Shown here in pieces: positions 47,017-56,202 of a DNA stretch of 64,000 bases (the stretch's first letter is position 1; each line of letters opens with the position of its first letter). The notes below the pieces were generated by a model that saw only the letters and a program-made list of their open reading frames with translations, had not been told where the DNA came from and made no database searches. The DNA lies in the sequence record NC_054929.1, one strand, 5' to 3'. The position numbers were made by a program, and so were the translations under genes. This DNA is from Escherichia phage PE37.

Positions 47017-47046
47017 GTTTACAAGCATAAAGCTTTATGGTACTAT
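47017..47046 (+). promoter_or_regulatory. early promoter in repeated block
   Basis: tttttcacaaagttGTTTACa-...-ggTACTATacaactatcaact; palindrome CATAAAG/CTTTATG in spacer. Confidence 0.6.
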
Positions 47047-47080
47047 ACAACTATCAACTGATACGGATTTGGAGAATAAA

Positions 47081-48049
47081 ATGAAAACTGTAACTATCAA
47101 TAAGGGTATCTACTTCGGTAAAGAAATCTCTGGAACTTTTGAGCTCTTAGGCGAATGGTTCCCAGATAATGCTCCGGTAGATGCACAAGGAGATGGTAAA
47201 GTTTTTGTTGAAATTGACGGTAAGCGTCGCGGTGTTTGGGTTTACAAATCAGACATTTCATATGATGGTGTAAAAGTTGAAGAAGTTAAAGAATCGTATG
47301 AAGATATGAAAACCCGCATTAATAAAAGATTTAATGTTATGGGAATGATGACGAATGGTATTATTAATGGAAATATTCGTTCATTAATTATCTCTGGCGC
47401 AGCAGGTATTGGTAAAACGTATTCTTTAGATAAAGCTTTAAATAAAGCAAATGATATTGGATACATTGAATATAAAAGCATTAATGGTAAAATCTCTGGT
47501 ATTGGTCTTTATGAGCAGCTTTGGAATAATCGTGAAGAGAATTCTGTCCTTTTGATTGATGATGTGGATGTTTTCTCTGATATGGACATTCTTAATCTTC
47601 TGAAAGCTGCTCTGGACACTGGAGAGACCCGTAAAGTCTGCTGGAGCACCGCATCTTCTTACTTAGAAGAAAAAGGCATTGAGCGTGAGTTTGAATTTAA
47701 AGGAACGATTGTTTTTATCACAAACGTTGACATTGACCGCGAATTAGACCGTGGTACTAAACTTGCTCCACATTTACAAGCATTAGTGTCCCGCTCAGTT
47801 TATTTGGATTTGGGTGTTCACACTAATGAAGAAATTATGGTCAGGGTTGAAGATGTTATTCTTTCAACTGACATGATGCAAAAGCGCGGTCTTTCTGATG
47901 AAGAAACTTATAAAGCATTATCATGGATGAAAGTCAATGTTAATCGTTTACGCAATGTTTCACTGCGTACTGCTCTTTATCTTGCTGACTTTATTATGAC
48001 CGACAAAAACGGTTGGGAAGAAATTGCTACGGTTACTCTTCTGAAATAA
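47081..48049 (+). CDS. AAA+ ATPase
   Basis: Walker A GAAGIGKT, Walker B VLLIDDVD; start at MKTVTINKG after GGAGAATAAA RBS. Confidence 0.7.
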   Translation: MKTVTINKGIYFGKEISGTFELLGEWFPDNAPVDAQGDGKVFVEIDGKRRGVWVYKSDISYDGVKVEEVKESYEDMKTRINKRFNVMGMMTNGIINGNIRSLIISGAAGIGKTYSLDKALNKANDIGYIEYKSINGKISGIGLYEQLWNNREENSVLLIDDVDVFSDMDILNLLKAALDTGETRKVCWSTASSYLEEKGIEREFEFKGTIVFITNVDIDRELDRGTKLAPHLQALVSRSVYLDLGVHTNEEIMVRVEDVILSTDMMQKRGLSDEETYKALSWMKVNVNRLRNVSLRTALYLADFIMTDKNGWEEIATVTLLK

Positions 48050-48151
48050 ATTCATAAGAGGACTTCTAAGACAAAAAGGCAGTTCAGAAATAGATTATAT
48101 GGACTGCCATCAAAAAGATGACTAGAATTAAACTGGTAAATGGAGGTAAAG

Positions 48152-48454
48152 ATGTTATACTCAAAAGCTCGTGAAATTTATGAAACTAAAATTAAAGACG
48201 CGGTTCATCAGTTCGCAACGACAATGCGTTGGACAAATGACTGGGAATACTCCAAGAATCATAAGAAGCCCTTGGTGACAAGAAAGGCTCATATGTTAGT
48301 GTTAATAGACCGTGAGCAGATTAAAGCCCGAGAAGCCCTCCAGAATCATAAAAAGGCTGCCTTTGAATGGTTTATGGATAACACTGCTCCTGAGACTAAG
48401 AAAGCAGTGAGCGCTTGGTTCAGTGGAAAAAATTGTGAAAGAAGTTTCTTTTAG
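48152..48454 (+). CDS. hypothetical protein
   Basis: Start at ATG after GGAGGT RBS; 100 aa. Confidence 0.5.
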   Translation: MLYSKAREIYETKIKDAVHQFATTMRWTNDWEYSKNHKKPLVTRKAHMLVLIDREQIKAREALQNHKKAAFEWFMDNTAPETKKAVSAWFSGKNCERSFF

Positions 48455-48456
48455 TT

Positions 48457-48486
48457 GTTTACAAGACTGTTCCTCTGTGGTACTAT
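48457..48486 (+). promoter_or_regulatory. early promoter in repeated block
   Basis: GTTTAC ... ggTACTATacaactatcaactac. Confidence 0.6.
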
Positions 48487-48514
48487 ACAACTATCAACTA
48501 CGGAGGAACAGAAA

Positions 48515-49042
48515 ATGAACGCTAAAGATATTTTCAACTTGGTAAACTACAATGATGGTAAATTTAAATCTGAAGCACAAAGTAAGTTCTTTAATGACAT
48601 CTCAATCGGAGGTGAAATCACTGTTGATGGAGGACAAATTTACAAATCCCGTTGGAATTGGATCGTTATTATTGATGAGATTGGTATTGTAGAAATTTAC
48701 AAAAATACGAATAAAAATCGTACATTACACTGGTCTCGTGATACTAACGAACAGTACAAAAAGGATAAAGCATCTAAGTTATCTCGTGTAACTCAAGAAG
48801 ATATTGAGTTCATCAAGAAAGATATTTTGATGTATGATAACTTAATTGCTGAAGAGCAAGCTGTTATTGATAAATTTGATGAGATTAAAGCTTCTCATAA
48901 AATTCCTGATTTTATGAAAGAATCAGTAAATGAACGATACACTCTCATTTCAGAGCGTATTGAAACTTACAAAAAGCAAAGAGCTGAACGCCAGAATACT
49001 CTTCGGAAGTTTGAAGAACGGTTAAAGACGGTACTTGCATAA
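48515..49042 (+). CDS. hypothetical protein
   Basis: Start at MNAKDIF after GGAGGAACAGAAA RBS; 175 aa. Confidence 0.55.
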   Translation: MNAKDIFNLVNYNDGKFKSEAQSKFFNDISIGGEITVDGGQIYKSRWNWIVIIDEIGIVEIYKNTNKNRTLHWSRDTNEQYKKDKASKLSRVTQEDIEFIKKDILMYDNLIAEEQAVIDKFDEIKASHKIPDFMKESVNERYTLISERIETYKKQRAERQNTLRKFEERLKTVLA

Positions 49043-49043
49043 C

Positions 49044-49068
49044 CGCTTTATACCAAGGATGGTATAAT
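49044..49068 (+). promoter_or_regulatory. middle (MotA-box-like) or early promoter candidate
   Basis: cGCTTTA-12 nt-TATAAT. Confidence 0.4.
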
Positions 49069-49097
49069 GGTTCTAAGCCCTTTTAATTGAGATTATT

Positions 49098-49505
49098 ATG
49101 AAACAGCTGATAATTAAAAGATTGAATTTATTGATATGTTGTTTATGTATAGTAATTGCATATGGTTATTACGCAATTAATGATTATATGCATTATAAAG
49201 ATTATGATGTTACTGTAGTTAATACCCTTACAGGAACTCAAGGAAAGGGGTCTAGTTTATCGTTTATTGCCGTATATGAACTCAAAGACGGTTATAGATT
49301 TAGCGAATATATTTCCCCAGAGATGTATTCATCAATAGAAAAAGGCGATAATATTACTGTAAGTTTACGTCCTTTCGACGTAAAACAGACATTGTTTGAT
49401 AATATTGTTTGGTTCTTTGGAATGGTATTAGTTCAATCTGTATGCGGTGCTTATATAGTCTTTTCCATCATATTCTGCGTATTTAGTAAAATTGAAATTG
49501 AGTGA
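49098..49505 (+). CDS. membrane protein (2 TM)
   Basis: 135 aa, N- and C-terminal hydrophobic helices. Confidence 0.55.
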   Translation: MKQLIIKRLNLLICCLCIVIAYGYYAINDYMHYKDYDVTVVNTLTGTQGKGSSLSFIAVYELKDGYRFSEYISPEMYSSIEKGDNITVSLRPFDVKQTLFDNIVWFFGMVLVQSVCGAYIVFSIIFCVFSKIEIE

Positions 49506-49512
49506 GGAAAAT

Positions 49513-50400
49513 ATGTCAGTAGTAATTAATAATGTCAATGCAGTAATTAAATCTTTAGTTAATAAAAAATTGAATGAATGGACTGTACTTCGTCGTGGAG
49601 AGCCAGATAAATTTTTTCATAGATTTAACCCAACTTTGGATTTGAATGTTATTGACAGAGATGTTCATGCAGAAATTTTAGATAAGTTTAAAGTTGATAT
49701 TGGATTTGGATTAGAAAAACATTTACAGCGAACAAACGGGTCTGGAATGGGTTTATCTAATCGCATCATGAAAGCCCTTAATAAAATTGGAGCATTGTCT
49801 CGTATTAACGCGAGTGAAATCCTTCGTAATTATAATAAAGGATATGACCTTTATGGCCGACTAATGCCGAAATTGTCATTCGATCAAATGATTGCGGATT
49901 TGTGGGAAAATCAACGACGATTATTAGCATTAGGCGCTAGATTAGCTAAAGGTCTAGATAAACAAATGATTTTTAAAACTAATAATACAGAAGACCTTAA
50001 ATGCTTTAAATTTAGTACTCGTGGAGATGACTATTACATCAGAGCTCACTCTACAGATTATGTCAATATGGGGCATCATCTCTGTTTAGCTTTTGAAGTT
50101 TTAAAAGAAGCCGGAACATTAGAATATTCATCTGGGGCAAAATGCCCGATTGGTTCAAATTGTATTTTAATTTATCGCCCGAATGAATCCAGTTCAACTA
50201 AATTGCCTACAAAACCTGTACCAGTTCGTAATAATGAAAAACATTCTGAGCAAATTGATTATTTTAATAAGCAAATTGAAGAGCTGAATATTTCTATTCA
50301 ACAATATGATGATGAAATTTTCAGACTATCTGGACTGAGTAGTAAAGCTAAATCTGAGCGTGAAAAGTTAATTAAAATTGTTGATTTACTTAAATCTTAA
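49513..50400 (+). CDS. coiled-coil-tailed protein, array member A
   Basis: Start at MSVVINNVN after GAGGAAAA RBS; about 250-aa N-domain + C-terminal heptad-repeat helix. Confidence 0.6.
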   Translation: MSVVINNVNAVIKSLVNKKLNEWTVLRRGEPDKFFHRFNPTLDLNVIDRDVHAEILDKFKVDIGFGLEKHLQRTNGSGMGLSNRIMKALNKIGALSRINASEILRNYNKGYDLYGRLMPKLSFDQMIADLWENQRRLLALGARLAKGLDKQMIFKTNNTEDLKCFKFSTRGDDYYIRAHSTDYVNMGHHLCLAFEVLKEAGTLEYSSGAKCPIGSNCILIYRPNESSSTKLPTKPVPVRNNEKHSEQIDYFNKQIEELNISIQQYDDEIFRLSGLSSKAKSEREKLIKIVDLLKS

Positions 50401-50408
50401 GGAACACC

Positions 50409-51428
50409 ATGAAAACTCGTTCTCAAATTGAAGATATGGTTCGTAATGCCAGCTATACTCGTGATGTTATGACATTTTTGTGCCAAAATAATTTAGACCC
50501 TGATAAAGTTAATCGTGATATTCACTTTAAATATATGAATAGCAGTGAATGGTTACGTCATTTTAGTAAAGCGGGATATATTACACAAATGACTGCTCGT
50601 GAGCAGCTCACCGATTTCTGTAAAACTATTGATTATAAAAATCCTCTATTTGTTCAAGGCGTTGGTCAAAGTAAGGTCGATTTATCATCTGGATTTTTCA
50701 ATCCAAATCATTATCGTATTGAATGGAGATTTATTGCTCTGTTCCGTAGACAATTAAAGCAAATTTTGTCTACTGCTAGTCGATTAAAAGGCTCTGATAT
50801 TAACTTAAAGAATCTGAAATTTGATGGTTATACTCTTCAGATGGAAGTAAGACCGTTAAAAGAAAATAATAGAACTGCACGAATTAGCTTTAAACCTAAT
50901 ACAAAAAATTCTCTTTCAATTTGTGAATGCCTTAAATCACAGTTGACAGAAGCATTTAAGTATATGGATGTTGTTGCTGCTGTTCAATCTAAGATTTTAC
51001 CTCGTTTTGAACGATTTAAGTTAGATACAACATCATATGAACTTGATATGATCGTTTCATTTAAATACGATTTTTTGAGAAAGGACGAAGTCCCGCAAGA
51101 GAAAAAGCAAGAAGTGCAAGATAACTTAAATTTATCTAATTACTCATCAAACGATCCTAAATTTTGGATGTATAGTTCAGGCAATAAAGATGCATGGAAA
51201 TTCAATAAAGTGAATTTTCTTCCTATTGAAAATCCGAGTCTTAAACCTGTTGAAAAATGGCACGCGGATGCGATTGGGAAGTCTATCAAGGCAGTAGATG
51301 ATGAACTCGTTAAAGCAACTAATGAAGTGTTAGAAGCTGAAAAGATGCTAGAAAAAGCTCAAGAAAAAGTCAAAAATCTCACGAAGCAACGTTCTAAACT
51401 GAACAATGCACTAAATGCACTGAACTAG
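50409..51428 (+). CDS. coiled-coil-tailed protein, array member B
   Basis: 339 aa, MKTRSQIEDMV..., C-terminal coiled coil. Confidence 0.6.
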   Translation: MKTRSQIEDMVRNASYTRDVMTFLCQNNLDPDKVNRDIHFKYMNSSEWLRHFSKAGYITQMTAREQLTDFCKTIDYKNPLFVQGVGQSKVDLSSGFFNPNHYRIEWRFIALFRRQLKQILSTASRLKGSDINLKNLKFDGYTLQMEVRPLKENNRTARISFKPNTKNSLSICECLKSQLTEAFKYMDVVAAVQSKILPRFERFKLDTTSYELDMIVSFKYDFLRKDEVPQEKKQEVQDNLNLSNYSSNDPKFWMYSSGNKDAWKFNKVNFLPIENPSLKPVEKWHADAIGKSIKAVDDELVKATNEVLEAEKMLEKAQEKVKNLTKQRSKLNNALNALN

Positions 51429-51457
51429 TTTACTTTGCCACAAGGATGTGGTATAAT
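51428..51457 (+). promoter_or_regulatory. early promoter
   Basis: GTTTAC-18-TATAAT, palindrome CACA/TGTG in spacer. Confidence 0.55.
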
Positions 51458-51485
51458 GTTCTTACTTTCTACTGAGGAGATTAAT

Positions 51486-52487
51486 ATGACTCGTAACGAA
51501 TATATCAAATCATTCAATAGCGTTATTGATGATAAAGCTATACCGATGTTTGGCCAAAATAGCGTTCTTTCTATTATCAATCAATGGCTCAATAGTGTTG
51601 ATGCAGGTATTGTTTCTTCTGCTAAATTTATTCATGAAATTCGTAAAATTTCTAGCCGTGTAGATAAAGATAATATCAAGAAAACCTTTAAAGAGTCTCG
51701 TCTTCTTTCATATTTGGTTAATCGGGATATTCTTGGTAATTTTGGGAAAGAAATTAAACGAACCAAAGATGTAGTAGGATATAATTGGTTCGGTGATGTT
51801 AATTCTTATCATCTTAATAATAAAGAAGACCCTGAGAATATTTTTACTCGTCGTTGGATTAGTAATTTCAGACTTTTTAAAGGACAAATTCTAAAATCAG
51901 CTTCTAAATTATGTTATGGCGATTATCGTCAAATTCATCCTTTGGCTTCTGATATGATTATCGTAAAAGAATATGAGCTTGATGAAAATAAAGTAGCTAT
52001 TTTTGTGAATTATGGATTTTTTACACCAAACGCTAATCAAAAGAATATTAATAAATTTTTCTCAATTGCTAGTGATATAACTCGACAATTAGAGACTGCA
52101 CTACTTTGTATGGAAACAGTAGAAAATATTCATACATATCCTTTTAAGAATATATGCGGATGGGAAGGATATAAAATTGTAATTAGTCTTCGTGAAGTGA
52201 AATGTGCTTATTCACCTACTGATAAAGAAATTTACCAACAAAAATGTGATGAAATTGTGAATACTCCTAAAGAAGAAACTACCCTTGAGGAACTAATGGA
52301 TAATCTTGATGATTCACCTGAACCGGTAGAAATTCGTCCAGAAGTTATTGCATTAGAAAAAGCTTATAAAGAAGTTCTAGAAATTTCTAATAAAGCGCAG
52401 AAAGAATATGAGCAGGCTAAAAAGATTTGGGAAGAATCCGTTAATCGTCTTGATCGTCTTGAACAAGCTTTAAAGTTAATTAAGTAA
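51486..52487 (+). CDS. coiled-coil-tailed protein, array member C
   Basis: Start at MTRNEYIKSF after GAGGAGATTAAT RBS; C-terminal coiled coil. Confidence 0.6.
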   Translation: MTRNEYIKSFNSVIDDKAIPMFGQNSVLSIINQWLNSVDAGIVSSAKFIHEIRKISSRVDKDNIKKTFKESRLLSYLVNRDILGNFGKEIKRTKDVVGYNWFGDVNSYHLNNKEDPENIFTRRWISNFRLFKGQILKSASKLCYGDYRQIHPLASDMIIVKEYELDENKVAIFVNYGFFTPNANQKNINKFFSIASDITRQLETALLCMETVENIHTYPFKNICGWEGYKIVISLREVKCAYSPTDKEIYQQKCDEIVNTPKEETTLEELMDNLDDSPEPVEIRPEVIALEKAYKEVLEISNKAQKEYEQAKKIWEESVNRLDRLEQALKLIK

Positions 52488-52539
52488 TTTAAAGCCAAGG
52501 ATGGCTCGGAGTATAAATCATTAACCAAGTGAGAAGAAC

Positions 52540-53466
52540 ATGAAAACTCGTAAACATTATATTGATTATTTTGACAGTCTTATTACTAAACACCGTAATT
52601 ATCAAATCGGACACAGAGCAGTAATCAATAATATTCTTCGTGATTTTTTAGACTATATTGGTTGGGAAAACCATATTTGTAAAGATACACAAAATGCGTA
52701 TTCACATTCTCTTGGTTCTTTGCTCGAGTGGTTCAAGCGTTCCCGATTACTATCTTCTGTGATAGCTGTTAATAATGTTAAAAAATTTATGTATCCAATC
52801 TACATTAAGACTAATGTATCAAATGCTAGTGTTGTTACATTTAATATTATTAACGACGTGAAAAGAACTTATTTAGAAGAATGGTTTTCTAAAGATAGTA
52901 AAGAAAAATTTGCTAGTGAATTTTCACACGAATTCAATAATAACGTAAATATGCTTTTTAAGCATTCTCGTAGACTGTTTTGTCATGGTGATAACCGTAC
53001 TATTAATGTGAATGTAAAAGACTGGGTTACGGCTAAATTTATTCCATCGTCCCAGAATGGACAATTTGAATTGTCAATTATCGTTTGCGCTCCGCATGAG
53101 ATATATAAAAATCTTCCGTATATGAAACCACGCGAAGCTAATAAACACAATGAAACTATTAGTTCTTTGGCTTATAATTTGCGCGTGTTATTATCTGATA
53201 TGGATGTAGTCAAATCCTTTGATGATAATACGAATTATGGTCTTTCACTGTTTGAAACTAAATTTGTTATTAAATTAAAGGACCCTAGTGAATTTAAACC
53301 TATACCAAAATCCAATCATGGAAATGATACTATGAAAGAAGAACGTGAATATCTCAATGTCCGTTTGACTGAAGTTGAAAAACAAATTGAAGAGCATACT
53401 AAAGTTCTTAAGGCTTTAACCGCCAAAGCAAATGGTTTACGTAATGCTATTGAGGTATTGAAATGA
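52540..53466 (+). CDS. coiled-coil-tailed protein, array member D
   Basis: 308 aa, MKTRKHYIDYF..., C-terminal coiled coil. Confidence 0.6.
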   Translation: MKTRKHYIDYFDSLITKHRNYQIGHRAVINNILRDFLDYIGWENHICKDTQNAYSHSLGSLLEWFKRSRLLSSVIAVNNVKKFMYPIYIKTNVSNASVVTFNIINDVKRTYLEEWFSKDSKEKFASEFSHEFNNNVNMLFKHSRRLFCHGDNRTINVNVKDWVTAKFIPSSQNGQFELSIIVCAPHEIYKNLPYMKPREANKHNETISSLAYNLRVLLSDMDVVKSFDDNTNYGLSLFETKFVIKLKDPSEFKPIPKSNHGNDTMKEEREYLNVRLTEVEKQIEEHTKVLKALTAKANGLRNAIEVLK

Positions 53467-53852
53467 AAAAGCGTTTATTAGAAGACATTGCAGCTTCAAG
53501 TAATTCCAGTTTAATTAAAATTATTATGGCTGGTGAGGAAGATGATATGGAAATGCGTGGAAAGATTCACGGCTGCGACGATTTAGATTTTAAACCTCCA
53601 GCATGGGATGCTATTATGGCTATGGTTGAACGACGTGAAAGAGCTTCTAAAAACGTTCCTAATTGCCCTGAATGCGATACTGAACAAGTTCAATTGATTA
53701 ACTGGCGTAAACCAGAGCTTGAATATAAATGCCGTCAATGTAAACATAAATTCAGTAAGCATGCTCCGGAAATGGTTAAATTGCCTGACTCTACTGAGTT
53801 CTTTAAAGAACTTGTGAGTGTTCAACCAATGCCTAATAATATTTTGGATTAA
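53463..53852 (+). CDS. zinc-ribbon protein
   Basis: CPEC-x18-CRQC, 129 aa. Confidence 0.5.
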   Translation: MKKRLLEDIAASSNSSLIKIIMAGEEDDMEMRGKIHGCDDLDFKPPAWDAIMAMVERRERASKNVPNCPECDTEQVQLINWRKPELEYKCRQCKHKFSKHAPEMVKLPDSTEFFKELVSVQPMPNNILD

Positions 53853-53854
53853 AA

Positions 53855-54097
53855 ATGACCAAGCGTAAAGAATATATGGAGGCTGCTGAAAAGGCAGTCC
53901 GTGAATTAGCAATAGCTTATTATAATGAACATGGTAAATTTCCTGATAGATACAGCGTGCTTAAATCTGCTTTAACTCGTTCATATAAAAATATGCTATC
54001 AGAAGTAAGTGATATTATATACAAACATAAAGAACAAACGGGCCAAAGTCTTGATTACGACGAGACTTTTAAACAAGTACTAGGAATTAAGGAATAA
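53855..54097 (+). CDS. hypothetical protein
   Basis: 80 aa ORF. Confidence 0.5.
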   Translation: MTKRKEYMEAAEKAVRELAIAYYNEHGKFPDRYSVLKSALTRSYKNMLSEVSDIIYKHKEQTGQSLDYDETFKQVLGIKE

Positions 54098-54098
54098 T

Positions 54099-54362
54099 AT
54101 GTTTAAAGTATATGGTTATGATAGCAACATTCACAAATGTGTGTATTGCGATAATGCAAAACGTCTTTTGACCGTGAAGAAACAGCCGTTTGAATTTATC
54201 AACATTATGCCGGAAAAAGGTGTTTTTGATGATGAGAAAATCGCTGAGCTTCTGACTAAACTAGGTCGTGATACTCAAATCGGCTTGACAATGCCCCAGG
54301 TATTTGCTCCTGATGGAAGTCATATTGGTGGATTTGACCAACTGCGAGAATATTTTAAATGA
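54099..54362 (+). CDS. nrdC: glutaredoxin/thioredoxin NrdC
   Basis: 87 aa, CVYC active site, MFKVYGYDSNIHKCVYCDNAKRLL matches T4 from memory. Confidence 0.95.
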   Translation: MFKVYGYDSNIHKCVYCDNAKRLLTVKKQPFEFINIMPEKGVFDDEKIAELLTKLGRDTQIGLTMPQVFAPDGSHIGGFDQLREYFK

Positions 54363-54574
54363 TGCTCGAAGGAACTGACTATATTCACGATTACCGCGGA
54401 AGCGCGGTATATGTAGGTGATGAAGTTGCAGTTTATTATGGGTATGGAACTTTGATGACAGCAAAGGTTATTCAAATTAAAAATAATCGTGCTAAACTCG
54501 AAGTTTATTATTCTAATGATGAAAAGTCTATTTCTAAGTGGAAATACGGCGATTGTATGGTTAAATTGGGGTAA
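54359..54574 (+). CDS. hypothetical protein
   Basis: 71 aa ORF, ATGA overlap with nrdC. Confidence 0.45.
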   Translation: MMLEGTDYIHDYRGSAVYVGDEVAVYYGYGTLMTAKVIQIKNNRAKLEVYYSNDEKSISKWKYGDCMVKLG

Positions 54575-54757
54575 ATATGATTTACGATATTAATGTATCA
54601 CGAGCTCCGTCAATGGTTACTATTCCAGCCGAAGAACTAGAACGTCTTCAGAAAATTGAAGAACTTCTTTGGGAAATTGAATGTGCCCTGCCATCAGGAC
54701 TAGAATCCTGGATTGATGATGAAGAACTTAATAAATTGCGAAATTAATTGGTGAAAA

Positions 54758-55078
54758 ATGACTATTGAAAATAAATTAGATGTTGATGCAGTTCTGAGCG
54801 AAATCATTGAAGACCATGATGCATTTTCGGAAAACTATGATTTCGATTTTTCCGATTATCTTAAACCTGTCGAAATAGAAGACTGGGTGCAAGATGGTAA
54901 ATGTCAATATCGTCAGTGTGTTTACTTTAGTCCAAAACATAATGTACATGTGGCTGTAAATGAATCTCGGTTAGGTTCTTATCATTCTGACTGGTATTAT
55001 GCAGTTCCGACTGTTGAACTAGTCGAGCCCCATGAACGTGTAGTAACTCAGACAATACGAGAATGGATTACGCTATAA
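54758..55078 (+). CDS. hypothetical protein
   Basis: 106 aa ORF. Confidence 0.5.
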   Translation: MTIENKLDVDAVLSEIIEDHDAFSENYDFDFSDYLKPVEIEDWVQDGKCQYRQCVYFSPKHNVHVAVNESRLGSYHSDWYYAVPTVELVEPHERVVTQTIREWITL

Positions 55079-55201
55079 AACCTTGGTGGGCGGCTAGATG
55101 GGAAACTGTAGAGCCAGAGCCGGAAGAACCGGTTTACACTGATGAAGAAACAATATATAATGAACCAACGATAAATGACTTAATTGATATGGAGATGGGA
55201 C

Positions 55202-55687
55202 ATGATTACAGTAGATAAGTGGTTTAGAATTAATCGTGCTGATACAGGGCTGTGTAATTACTGGCCGGAACTTAGTGCAGGTACTGTCTTTAAAGTTCGT
55301 GAACTTGCAAAAGAATGTGAAGATGATATAGAGCCTGATACTGGAATTATTGAAATTGAACTTTCTGATGGAAAGATTATTAACATCTACGATAAGCCAA
55401 TTACGTATTGGTGCTTGTGGAATACTGAATCAGTAGAAAATGGCGAAATTGAAGAAGTTGTAGAGAGAACTAATCAAGTTGTTCAGAAGCCTAAAGCTGA
55501 TTTTCAAGGTGAACGTATTTCATACGCATTAGCTAAATTAGCTGCACAAGAAAATAACGATGGCTATGAAGGAAATTTGATGCAAGCTGCGGCAGAATAT
55601 ATTGAATGGCTTGAAACCCAAATTTCTTTTTCTGACCAAAAGATTCGGCAATATAAGCGATTGAATCAAATGTTTTACAATACTTGA
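55202..55687 (+). CDS. pin: Pin (Lon protease inhibitor)-like protein
   Basis: ATG start with GGAG RBS gives 161 aa (track start is TTG); position next to gene 49 as in T4. Confidence 0.6.
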   Translation: MITVDKWFRINRADTGLCNYWPELSAGTVFKVRELAKECEDDIEPDTGIIEIELSDGKIINIYDKPITYWCLWNTESVENGEIEEVVERTNQVVQKPKADFQGERISYALAKLAAQENNDGYEGNLMQAAAEYIEWLETQISFSDQKIRQYKRLNQMFYNT

Positions 55688-55728
55688 AAATAATAAATAC
55701 CCTTATCTATTTAAGGTAAGGGTTTATT

Positions 55729-56202
55729 ATGTTATTGACTGGCAAATTATATAAAGAAGAAAAACAGAAATTTTATGATGCACAAAATGGTAAATGTTTA
55801 ATTTGCCAACGAGAACTAAATCCTGACGTTCAAGCTAATCATCTTGATCATGACCATGAATTAAATGGACCAAAAGCAGGAAAAGTACGTGGATTGCTCT
55901 GTAATCTCTGCAATGCCGCGGAAGGTCAAATGAAGCATAAATTTAATCGTTCTGGCTTAAAGGGACAAGGCGTTGATTATCTTGAATGGTTAGAAAATTT
56001 ACTTACTTATTTAAAATCCGATTACACCCAAAATAATATTCATCCTAACTTTGTTGGAGATAAATCAAAGGAATTTTCTCGTTTAGGAAAAGAGGAAATG
56101 ATGGCTGAGATGCTTCAAAGAGGATTTGAATATAATGAATCTGACACTAAAACACAATTAATAGCTTCATTTAAGAAGCAGCTTAGAAAGAGTTTAAAAT
56201 GA
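55729..56202 (+). CDS. 49: endonuclease VII (Holliday junction resolvase) gp49
   Basis: 157 aa, zinc motif CLICQ...CNLCN, matches T4 gp49 from memory. Confidence 0.95.
   Translation: MLLTGKLYKEEKQKFYDAQNGKCLICQRELNPDVQANHLDHDHELNGPKAGKVRGLLCNLCNAAEGQMKHKFNRSGLKGQGVDYLEWLENLLTYLKSDYTQNNIHPNFVGDKSKEFSRLGKEEMMAEMLQRGFEYNESDTKTQLIASFKKQLRKSLK

Noticed and set aside
49044-52520. Repeated decamer ccaaggatgg (49051, 52497, 32306; variant at 51441) considered as a novel hairpin element
   Set aside because: Each copy lies in the spacer/extended -10 part of an early-promoter-like sequence, so it is best explained as promoter consensus rather than an independent element.
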